Shown here: positions 49,289-61,461 of the stretch, piece after piece
Numbering within the stretch: position 1 is the stretch's first letter
How the letters are laid out: each line of letters starts with the position of its first letter
Assembly (NCBI RefSeq): GCF_006345805.1
Contig: NC_043004.1
Location: forward strand, 20,770,001-20,834,000
DNA: 64,000 nt
Source of the DNA: Octopus sinensis
Taxonomy: Eukaryota
Direction of reading: 5' to 3'
Translations under genes and position numbers: made by a program
The notes under the pieces: model-generated
What the model was told of the DNA's origin: nothing
Seen by the model: the letters and a program-made list of their open reading frames with translations, nothing else
Database searches by the model: none

Positions 49289-49923
49289 GCACCTTTACAG
49301 ACATTATTTAATAGTGATTGTTTATTTACAGAATGACATTGTAGGGTTTGTGAAACAGGCCAGATTTGGTACTTTGAGCATAAAACTATTAGATGGATAT
49401 TGTCAGTTTAAATAGTAAGGGGTTAAAGTACTTACTACTAAAACGACATAAAATATATTACTGCTTTCTGATATCCTTAATGGTACTGAAATATTTACCA
49501 TTAGCAATAACTTTTGATAATTTCTTCATCTAACGAGAATAGAATAGTAATAATCTTCTAATTGCTTTTTCTTGTAATTCATGTAATTTACATTCGGTTC
49601 TCTAACAGTTATTGTAAATCATACATCTATAAATCTTGGAATTTAAATATATAAATCTTACGGCGCTTTCCTTGAAAAAAATCAGTTTCATTCTGATTCA
49701 ATAAAGTTTCAAATAACAGAGATTTTAGAAGAGTTGGAGTGATTTAGTGAAATATGTAAAACATTTTGTTTATTATTATAAGGAATAATGTTCAAGATTA
49801 CTTAGCAGTAGATTTATGTGTTGTTGTGGTTCTTTACCCAGAAATCGTTCCCAAAAGAGTAGTCATATAATCAAAGACATTCCAGCCATAATAATGCAGT
49901 TTTTTTATTGACTCTGTTCATTT

Positions 49924-50348
49924 AAGGAAGCTGTATATTATTGCCTAATAATGTTTAAAAAATTTAAGGAAGGTATATAATATTCCTAAGAAAATAAAGG
50001 AAGCTGTATAATATTTCCTAATAATAAGCTGTATAATATTTCCTAATAATGTTAAAAAAATTTAAGGAAGGTATATAATATTTCCTAAGAAAATAAAGGA
50101 AGCTGTATAATATTTCCTAATAATAAGCTGTATAATATTTCCTAATAATGTTTAAAAAATTTAAGGAAGGTATATAATATTTCCTAATAAAATAAAGGAA
50201 GCTGTATAATATTTCCTAATAATAAGCTGTATAATATTTCCTAATAATGTTAAAAAAATTTAAGGAAGGTATATAATATTTCGTAAGAAAATAAAGAAAG
50301 CTGTATAATATTTCCTAATAATAAGCTGTATAATATTTCCTAATAATG
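49924..50348. repeat. Higher-order minisatellite, 98-99-bp unit x ~4.3, built from TATAATATTTCCTAA subunits
   Basis: AAGGAAGGTATATAA recurs at 49966, 50064, 50163 and 50262. Confidence 0.92.
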
Positions 50349-50824
50349 CTGTAGGAGAGGCCTTAGGGAGCAATGATGGTCTATGTATGACCATTCATAA
50401 GTAACAGTAGAAAGTAACATTTAGTGTTTTGGATCAGAAAGTTCTGAGAAACATATATATCGGTTCACTTTATTATAAGTATGTTATATATACAGATGCA
50501 GCCATGTAGTCTTGGGTTGAATCTTACTAGGTGCACCTTGATCCAGTGTCTTTTACTATAGTCAGGGCTGACCACAGTCTTGTGAGTGGGTTTGGTAAAC
50601 AAAAATTGGAGCGAAACCAATCAAATATATGTATATATATATGTGTGTGTGTATCTTTGTGTTTGTTTCTCATCACTGACAGAATAAGTACCACACTTAC
50701 AAAATAAGTACTGGGGTTTTTGATTTCTTTAACAAAACCCTTCAGGGGCAGTGCCCCAGCAGGGCTGCAAACCAATGACTGAAACAAGTAAAGTATAAGG
50801 GACATACATACATATGCCAGTAAA

Positions 50825-50869
<45 letters not shown>

Positions 50870-53146
50870 TGCTGGACTACTGAAATCTACAAGATTTTTC
50901 ATTCTTTCCCCATTTATTCTCTCTTATTTCTTTCTGTTGAAGAGCATAGGCTCAAAATGTAAAAGACATTTTCATTTTGCTGAACGTCAAACTAATACAA
51001 TTGCTTGTTGTTCGTACACCTGTCTTTGTCTTTTGTTTTTCTATAAATTTCAACTATATATATATATATATATATATATATGTAGCCACATGTGAATCGT
51101 TGATGATTTTTTTCCTCTGTCTCCCTTTTCTCTTGGCCTTTCCTCTATTTCCTGTTTCTGATGAAGAGCTTTGTTTGAAATGTAAAAATTACCTTTCATT
51201 CCTTCCCTGAGCATCTGCTAATACTTTGCATGTACCACATCCTCACGTTGTTGTTTTTTCTTGTTGTGTTTGTTCTTTGTTTTTTGGGGTGGATTTGCCA
51301 TATATACACATATATATATATGCATACAAGACAAGGCCGAATAATTGTCGCATATAATATTTATAGATAAATTCCTTTATTTACATAATATCGAGGTCTC
51401 TTTCATTCTTTTGTTGTCTTGCCATTTATATCAGTAATATATATATATACACACACATATATAGTCATCTACTCATACAGAGAGAGATACGTTATATGTA
51501 TGAATAATTTACTTATAATAAAGTGAACCAATGGGGACCTGAAGGAAGTATAGTAAACTATGATATTTGAACGGAAAATTCAAATTCAATTATTTTACTA
51601 AATAACAACATTCTGAGTACTAATCTCTGGAGTGTTCTTTAACTTGTTTTAGTTATTACAGTGAAGGCTATGCTGACTCTAGGTGATATACAACAATAGC
51701 TTTATAACTTATACACACTTCATTAACTCTTTCAAAACAAACAACCACATTTCTTCTAATTCACTTAACATTTCTTTTTTCAAAATATAACAGATTTTAT
51801 TATTCATTGGTTTATGTAATGTCTTTTTATTTTCTAATATTTACTTACTTCTATATCAATTTTCTCTCTTTTGTTATTTGATCTTTTTTTATATTCATCA
51901 TTTATATAATTTTTATTTTATATTTGTATTTCCTCATTTTATTTTACTCTTTATCTGTCTATTTATTTCTTATCTTATCTTATTAGCTTTAATCTTTGTA
52001 CTTAAATTTCTTGGCATGCACTGTTAGTCTGAAGTTTTTCCACCACAAGTCTCAAGTATTCATCTACTATTCCTTGCTTCACACTTCTGCTTCCTAGAGA
52101 TTGTGATTAAGATCCTCATCATTGTTGTATGTATTCAATTTCCAGTCAATACCTTCACAGTCTCCATCAGTAAACAGCACTAAAATTAACTGCTAGTCTG
52201 AATGACTTAATACCAATGCATAATCACATATGTTCACAGACACATAACTTACATTACATCCATCCATCCATCCATACATATATACACACACATAATGTAT
52301 AAGATATATTTATATATATATGTATCAATGTCTGAAGTTTTCTGAGCTCTCTTCCTAACAGCATAGTGATGTTTCTTATATAAAGCTTGATCATCTCTGT
52401 TATGTTGTGACTGAATAACAGAAAATACAAAGACGTTAAAACGATTATATGGAAACAATATAAATAAGTTGGGTGGAAAGATGAGTTATGGGGATAAGAG
52501 TATAGATCCTTGAAATCAATCTATACTGAATAAAAGTTGCTGAGTTGTCCAAATTCACTGAACTTTGTGAACTGTAGATTTTTATAGAGAATATTACAAA
52601 ACTTCTGAAGGGAGGAGATATATTCTCTGATGACAAAAAACAAAAAAGATCAAATATTCATTCTTGATATCTCACAAAATTTATTAAGGATGAATGGATG
52701 TGTTGTTGTGAGGGTTTCTGTTCTTCTGCATACACCTCATATAATATTATCTGTTTGGTAGACATCAGCCAACATCAGCAAATAGTTTGTTTGCTGATAC
52801 TTATAAACAAGAGCCAGTGCTCTTTTTAGATTCATTGGTTCAGTAAGGTAGCTTTGACTGAGGAGACACACAGTAGGGTCAAAACACTGTGGTGTCTCAA
52901 AGCCCCTTGCATCAATGAATCATGTGTATTATAAACACACATCATCAACTGGGATGTGATGTTCTTTGATGATGACAAATAACTGTGATCAGAGGTTCAT
53001 GCTTGAATCTAGCAGAATATTTTGAGGATAAATAAGCTGAGTGACTTAAAGCAAGTTAAACATGCATTGCTGCCTTGTCACACAGCTTGTTACACACACT
53101 CACATATATGCATGCACACATGTACATGTTACAAGTTGTGCAATAA

Positions 53147-53185
<39 letters not shown>

Positions 53186-54645
53186 TATATATACATATGC
53201 ATATATAAAACAGGATGTATGTGTGTACATGTATATACAAATAAATATATACACACATATTTGTATATATGTATGCATATGCTCACACACACTGCACACA
53301 TATGTGTGTGGTGTATTTTTTTAATGTATTATGACATGCCACCTCTCTGCCATGACCCACTCCTATTTTCCTTACATTCCTCCAAACTGAGATTTCCCAT
53401 TGTTCATGCCTCCATCCATGTTCAACATTCACTGCATTCACTTCTGTTCTTATATCTACGGTCTGTCACTCCCCTTTCACACTCTTGCAAACCTACCACC
53501 CCACGTAGTCATTCTTAATTTTCTCTCCTTGATCTCTCTTTATCTACCTTCTTGTATCTCGATGGTATGCCTGATCTCCAGCTAAGAAAATAATGATAAG
53601 TAAGAAAATAAATACAAAAAGCAAATATTACCTGTTGTTATCCACCTTTCCATAATAGGGAAAAAAATATCTATCAAAGATCTTTGAAATACTTGGAAGG
53701 AATTTTCTGCCAGAACACTGATACCATCAGACATATACTAAAGTCTCAGTAAAACTAGACAAATTAATGGTACAAAATCTAATATAGGGTTGAAAACTGA
53801 GAATAAGAGTTGAAGGAAGTGAGTATAATGCAGTAAATCAATTACTTTATAGCCTGCCTATTCTAGATAGTGAAAAAATTTGGAGAGACATTAAGATTAG
53901 GCATGAAGCTTTGGGGTTAAGCATGCCTACTTCCACCACTATGGGAAAGGAATTACATAATTTCGGTAAGTTACTGCATTCTTGAGTACACTCTAATTCA
54001 CATTGTATTAGCTGAAATCTAAACAATAGTAATAAAGGTAAAAAAAAAATTAAGATCCCTTCACTCGATCCAACTCCCCCTCTTTCTCCCTCTCTTTCAT
54101 GCTCATTTATTATTGTCACTTGTTCATTCATTTATCTAATTTTGTCACAGTTTGGCCAACCGATAAACTCTTGGTTATAGATCTAGTTAAGAATTTCAAA
54201 TGCCCAATTCTATCTCATTATTATCATCAATATTCTCTCACACCAGCAGCCTGAGTTTTTGCTGTTTCACAGTGTGCCCAACCTTCCCACCCCACCACCT
54301 GTACCGGAAGTCTTCATCAGATGATGAAGGACTTTCATAACTGGTAAAATGAGGCAAGACTTGCCCAACCTATTGAGGTAATGGGGAAAAATAAGCATAA
54401 AATAAGAACAACAACGATGATGATGATATTAATGGTGATGGTGGGAAATAAACTAAATTATACAAAATTAAGTGTCATTACACCAGTAATGAACTCATGT
54501 GTGATGCCTTAGTAAATTGGTTTTTAATGGTAATAAGAGAAATGAAGAATTTATTGAAAGGATTTCACAAGTAGAAATAGAGGGAACTGTGTGTATAAAT
54601 GAATGATTTAGTAAATAATATAAGAATAATATAACTCAAAATATG

Positions 54646-54747
54646 TTTGTTTTTGTCTTTTGCAGGTAAGTGCTTGATAAATTGCTTTTCGTGAAATTAT
54701 ATTTAGTGCAAAGGTTAGAAAAAGATGTATTATGCCAACAGGTAAGT
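54646..54747 (+). other. Candidate recursive splice site with a 76-nt RS-exon
   Basis: TTTGTTTTTGTCTTTTGCAG|GTAAGT (54665/54666) and a second CAG|GTAAGT at 54741/54742; stops in all three frames. Confidence 0.45.
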
Positions 54748-55214
54748 CTAACATTTTATTTTTATCTAAAATCGATGTTTTAACGAGGACTTTTTATATC
54801 TAGAAAATATTTTAGTACAAAGTAGCAAATGATTGCTAGAAAGGCTAGAGGCCAAGAAATTCATTTGTTAATGAGATTAGCAAAGAAATCTCCACCACAG
54901 AAGACCTTGCTCTGTCAAAAAACTGATAGATTACCTAACTAAGAATCTCTTTTACTAATCATGATATTTAGGATTAATGACTATTTTTATTGAAAATTTC
55001 TCATTCTATAAAACGTTTCTCACTTTTAATTTTCTATTTCTGATTCAGTGGTTTAAGATGGAAATAAAGTGTAATAAAACAAAATGAAAATAATTTATTT
55101 ATTTAAAAATGTTTCCAAAAGATAAATTAATGTTCATTATATATCTTTACATTTTGCATGCTATTTTCACTAAATCACCAAATATGTGTATATGAAAGAA
55201 TGAATGAATACATG

Positions 55215-55253
<39 letters not shown>

Positions 55254-56224
55254 CTATGTGCATGCATGTATGTGAAAAGAGCAAGCAAAAATGCTGTGAC
55301 TGCAATCAAATTTTAACAATGGCTCTAACTTAACCAGAAATAAGAAAAAAATATATAGTTAATTATGTATATGTATATGTGCGTGTGTATATATAAGTGC
55401 ATTATTATTTTTGAGTGAGAGAGCTCTGCATGCCATGTAGTTGACACTGGGGTACCAATATACGAAGCCCCCATATACCCATCATGTCTACCTGTCTGAT
55501 AAGGGTACACCAAGCACATGCATCACAACCATATGTGTGCAACATGGTGACTTTGTATCAAGATAAACAGCACATGACCTTCCAGGTGGGACCCAGTTAG
55601 AATTTTCTTCAGGTTGAGTAACTAATCTCACTTAAAAGGTCCCTGAATGAGGGTTTAAGGATGATGAATGAAACACTCATGTTTTCAAAAGTGAATCATT
55701 CAAACCCCAAAGAATTACTCACATGGCTACTGAGATCAACATTGCCTTTCATCCTTTTGGGTTGACAAAATAAGTACCATTTGAGTTCTGGGGTCGATGT
55801 AATAGACTTACTCCTCACCCAAAACTGCTGGCCTTGTGCCAAAATTTTAAATCAATATTATTATTATTATTTAAAGCAACTTGACTAGGCTCAATGTGAC
55901 TAAAGGTTTGTGGACTTGTAAAAGAAACCTCTCTCATTTGGGCTGAATAGAGAAACACAGGAAATCGAAGATGACTTATTGAAAATGGGCTGCTATTGGT
56001 CAAGATGCATTATATGGTGTTGTTAGGGGTAAGATTAGCGATTCAGCAACATCAGGTTTGGTAGGAAGGAGAATTTCCAGGATCGTGTGGCTGGATAGGA
56101 AACTGATAGCATCTTGGTGTCCGGGAGCTGACCGGAACTGGGGCAGCGAATGTGTATGTAGGAGTGTGCGTATACGAAATGTATAACTGTATGGATATGG
56201 GGAGTTATTGGTTGATGCATTTGT

Positions 56225-56406
56225 GTATATACATATGAATATTACTTACATTATTTACATTTGATGAATATTTGTCCTCATCTTGTTTGTTGTTAACATG
56301 TTTCAGCTGATACACCCTCCATCCTTCATCAGATGAGTTGGGGAAATTTTGAACCTGGGTTCTCATCCCTAAGGTATTTTTCGATGTTGTTGTTATTCTT
56401 CTTCTT

Positions 56407-56437
<31 letters not shown>

Positions 56438-56855
56438 TTATTATTATCATTGTTATCATTGTTATCATTATTAAGGTCACTGCCTTGAATTGAACTCAGA
56501 ATTTTGGGGTTAGTAGCCAGCACTTTTAACCACTACGCCAAATGCTCATGTGCATATGGTGTAGTGGTTAAGAGCGCTGGCTACTAACCCCAAGGTTCCG
56601 AGTTTGATTCCAGGCAGTGACCTTAATAATAATAATGATAATGATAATAATAGTACTAATAATAATAACAACAACAATAACATCAAAAAATACCTCAGGA
56701 TTGAGAACCCAGGTTTGAAATTTCCCCAGACATCTGTTGAAGGCTGGAGGGTATATCAGCCGAAACGTTGTGTTAAAAACAAATTAAATGAGGACAAATA
56801 TCTGTCAAATGTAAATAATGTATGTAATTCCTCATCTCTTAAATATAGAACTGTA
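56225..56855. mobile_element. Palindromic element: two head-to-head tRNA-like heads, (AAT)n linkers and hammerhead-bearing PLE-like arms (copy 2)
   Basis: About 310-bp arms centred near 56548; head GGTGTAGTGGTTAAGAGCGCTGGCTACTAACCCCAAGGTTCCGAGTTTGATTCC; hammerhead-like motif at 56729-56774. Confidence 0.8.
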
Positions 56856-57316
56856 CACATACGAGTGTGTGCCTGTTTGACTGGAAGAACAGATGAGAAT
56901 GTGTGTATTTTCATCGGTCATGCTTTTTGTGTTCATGTGTGCAAGTGTGATGTATGTATGCTAGTGTAGTTGCAACTGCACTGCTGGGTAGGGGGGGGAC
57001 GGGCAGTAGTGAGATTTGGCGGCATAGATGGAGGAGGGATGAGAGGGGAATTATACATGCATAGATGTGTGTGTTCGCATGTGTGTGTGTATGTGTGTGT
57101 GTACATGTGTAAGTATGCACATTCTTGCTTATGTGCCTAAGAGTATGGGCATGTGTCTGTTTGTCTGGAAGAACATATATACATGCATGTGTTTTTTTTA
57201 TGTCTGGTGTGTATATAAATGTGTGTGTGTGAGTGTGTATACACACTCAAGATTAGTGATGTGGGAGAAAAGGAAGAGGGGAAGGAATCTAAATACATAA
57301 ATATGTGTGTATGTGC

Positions 57317-57358
<42 letters not shown>

Positions 57359-57594
57359 ACTATATAGGTGTGTGTGAACATAGATGCACATGTATGTGTT
57401 TAGGTACACAGACCACGTTTATGGGGGTGAATGTATAGGTTAAAGGTGAGGCATAAGGCTGTGGAATCAGTATGCTGTTTGCATAGGCATTGGTGGTTAG
57501 AAACCTTGTTTCTGGTTGTGGGGCAGCCAATGTTGAGGAGCAGCTGATGATAAGGTGGTATATCTGGATTATCAATAGTCAGTGTTTTGAAGCT

Positions 57595-57639
<45 letters not shown>

Positions 57640-57647
57640 CACAGCTT

Positions 57648-57683
<36 letters not shown>

Positions 57684-57773
57684 CACAGCTTCAATATATA
57701 TATATATATATATATATATCCACACATGAATATGTAAATAATGATGTTTTTGTAGCCTATACAAGTACTTTAT

Positions 57774-57811
<38 letters not shown>

Positions 57812-58183
57812 ATCACTACTCTGTATTGAATACTCTTTGTTTATATATTTGAATTTCTTTGTGTGTATGTATGTGTATGTGTAGATGCATGAGTGTGTGT
57901 GTGTTTGTTTATTTTTGAGCTTGTCGTTCATCACGAGTTCATAAGAGCTCTTCATCAGCAATTAGTGAATTTTTTACATGCATGTATGTTGATATGTAGA
58001 TGTATGTACATATGCACATTTGTACGAATGTGCATTGTGTATATGTGTATGTGTGGGAAGGCCTGGAATACATGAAGAAAATTCTAACTTCTGTCATTAT
58101 CCTTTGTTGCCACACAAAGGCACACACATGCATGCACACACCCATGTGGATACATACACATGCATGTGCACACATATACACAC

Positions 58184-58217
<34 letters not shown>

Positions 58218-59117
58218 ATATTTACATATTTATGTGGTTTAGAGTAACTCTAATACTTACCATCAATTTCATTCATGCATGTGATACATGGCCTTTAGCA
58301 TGGATTATAATATGCCACAGATTATTTTCCTTGTAAATCTCCACAGATTGCTTTTACCTTCCTTACTGTCACCTAGTATTATGTAGTTATTTCTCAAACA
58401 CCAGATATTGCTAAATATATGAGGTCATAATAAATCCAAAGGCTCCTTCCAATCAAAGTCCAAACACTTGGTTAAATATAATGCCACCAAAATGCAAACA
58501 CTTTATGTTTCCAAAAAGTGAAACAACACAATACCACCTTTTCCTATGAATAATTTAGCCCCTAATTTAAAAGCGGTCATGATTCCTTGTACACACAAGG
58601 AATCATTACTGTTTGTCCTCATTATTTGCTATCTTCACAGTTTGTAAATTTCTCTTTCTTAACTCTTTCCCCATCTTTTATTTCTGCAAAGCATGATTTT
58701 TAATCATACAGCAATATCAGTTATACTGCCTGGAAGATATGTTCCCATATACACTGGAATAAAAAGAATAATAACAATGATAAGTACTGTAGCTGGACAG
58801 TAATTATCAGCTAAACTGTGTTAACATGAGCATTTTAAATTCAAAAAGAGAATACCTTCCCTGTGTTGCTTATAAAGCACAGAGACTGTGATGCTAAATG
58901 CAACTATCTGTTAAGGAAAACTTTGGCAATTCACATTATATCATCATACTACTGAATGTTTATGGGCAAAATATTGAAGACTTGCTGTCTCAGTTCACAT
59001 AGATGTAAACAGGTGGAAGCAGCCACATCATATGACTTAAGCATTTTTAATACTCATAGAGTTACGGATTATGATGAAGAACCTATAGAATATCCCTTCT
59101 CATCTCTTTCTCTCTCT

Positions 59118-60215
59118 CTCATCATTTAACGTCCGTCGTCCCTGCTGTCATGGGTTGGACAGTTTGACCAGGGCTGGTAAGCTGAGGGTCTGCATCAGAC
59201 CTCAGTCTGATGTGGCCTGGTTTCTATGGCTGGATGCCCTTCCGAATGCCAACCACTCCAAGGGTGTAATGGGTGCTTTTACATGCTACTAGCATGGGTG
59301 CCAGTGGTGTGACACCAGTATCTTCCACAACTGTGATTTCACTTGGCTTGATGGGTCTTCTTCTCAAACACGGCATATTGTCAAAGGCTTCAGTTATTTA
59401 TCATTGCTTCAATCAGGCCCAACACTTGAAAGGTGCTTTCCATGTGCTACTGGCATCAACCACATTATCTCCGTGAGGCTCAATGCTCAAAAGGTGCTTT
59501 TTCTGTGTCATCCTCATGGGTGCCAGTTATGTGACACCAGCATTGGCCATGACTTGATTTAACTTGGCTTCTCAAGTCTTCTCAAGCATGGCATATCACC
59601 ATGGTCTCAGTCATTACTTCTATGAGGCCCAATATCCAAAGATTATGCTTCTTCACTTTGTTCCATGTCTTCCTGGGTCTACCTCTACCATAGGTTCCCT
59701 CCACAGTTGGAGATCGGCACTTCTTTACACAGCTGTCCTCGTCCATATGCCTCACACGACCATACCAATGCACACCACAGCTTAAATTTTCTCTCAAGAT
59801 GCTTACATTTTGTTATACATCCACACTGATACTGCACATCCAAAAAAGCATACTAGCTTCATTTTTTCAAGCCTACACATGTCCTCAGTGGTCACTGTTG
59901 TGTAGCATAGTTGTTTACTCACAGGCATCAAACAATCTGCCTTTCACTCTGAGGGAGAAGCTCTTTGTTGCCAGCAGAAGTAGGATCTACTGACCTTTGC
60001 CCAGTCTATTCTTATTCTCACAGCTAAACTCCCAGAGCATCCAGCTCTGCTACTAACTTGGTCACCTAGATAACAGAAGCTATCTACCACCACTAGCTTA
60101 CCCCTATTTAACAAGTCTTAGTTATCATATAGCCATAGATACTGATATAAGTGTTCACTCACCAACACTTGTCAAAGCATTTTTATTTGTATAGGACTCA
60201 ACACTTCCAAATAAA
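59118..60215 (-). mobile_element. 5'-truncated RTE-clade LINE (ORF2 C-terminus, 3' UTR, (GAT)n tail)
   Basis: VVDSFCYLGDQVSS.., LEKNEASML and WYGRVRHMDEDSCVKKCRSPTVEGTYGRGRPRKTW match the RTE ORF2 end. Confidence 0.88.
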
Positions 60216-60899
60216 TCTGACATACGAGTACAAGCTCACACTAAAAATACACTAACCACATTTGTCATTTCTATTTCCTTTCAACTTTCACATTCCAATT
60301 TAAACACTTTGGAAAATCATTCATATTCTGGATTAAGGTAAATTTGATCTTGGCAAGATTTGAGAAGGCAGGTATCCAATATATTTTGAAACATAGAAAA
60401 TTGCTAGGGCAAAAAAAAAGTTAAAATATGTTTCAAAAATGGGGGAATAATACAGTATAGTTTCCTTCTTTCTTTTTTTTTTTTTATAAATTACACTTAA
60501 ATTAAAGATCTCAATGAGAGGAATCTATTTCCATTAATATCATTAAAAGCTGGTTGTAAAAAGTTCTTATAAAGCGAGAATGGTCAAAAATTTCAATGAG
60601 GGTAAGGCCAAAATTCATCTTTAGACAATCATATATTTGTTATATATATAAAAAAAATATATATATATATGGTTAAGCTTCTACAAATAATCTAAATGTG
60701 AGAGAAATAGATCTAAAAATGGGAGTTTGGCCATGTGGTTATTTTGTTATACTAAAATATGAAATACTTAACTGGAAGGTATTTCAGATCTATGTAACAT
60801 CATTGTTAACTTTTACATCTACTTGTTACCTATCTTTTACAGGCAGTGCTCCATCATAGCCCCAGCCTTTGGCTGAAACCAATAAAAGAGCAAAAAGGA

Positions 60900-61250
60900 T
60901 ATCTTACATCCTCTACCTTTTATTTGTTTCAAGTCATTAGATGGTGGCCATGCTGGGGCACCACGTCAAAGAATTTCAGTTGAATGAATTGACCCCAGTA
61001 CATGTTTTATTTTAAGCCAGGTGTTTATTCTATCAGGCTCTTTTTGCTGAATTGCTAAGTTATGGGGATATAAACGTAGGTTGTCAAGCAGTGTTGGGAG
61101 ACAAATACAGACACACTCACACACATATATGACAGGCTTCTTTCAGCTTTCATCTACTAAATTCACTCACAAGACTTTGCACAGTCTGGGGCTATAGCAG
61201 AGGACATGCATAAGGACTGAACCTGGAACTGTACGATTGGGGAGCAAATT
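60900..61250 (-). mobile_element. SINE family A, old CpG-depleted copy
   Basis: Tail, body and head are recognisable but diverged. Confidence 0.7.
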
Positions 61251-61426
61251 TTATTTATTTATGCATGTATGAACACACTCACACATGTATATGTTAAGTA
61301 AACAGTAAGATCAGAGGAAAGTAGTGATGGCAATTAGTGAGTACAAACACTCCAAAACTGAAAAAAAATCGGTTTGCCACAAACAAGAAAGAATAAATTT
61401 TAAAGTTTGCAGCAGAAACTATCTTC

Positions 61427-61461
<35 letters not shown>

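Noticed and set aside
49924-50348. Regularly spaced repeats as a possible CRISPR-like array
   Set aside because: The 'spacers' are themselves repeated, there are no cas genes, and the context is eukaryotic.
56555-56625. tRNA-like sequence (possible tRNA-Ser)
   Set aside because: Acceptor and anticodon stems do not close; it is the head of the repeat element, not a tRNA gene.
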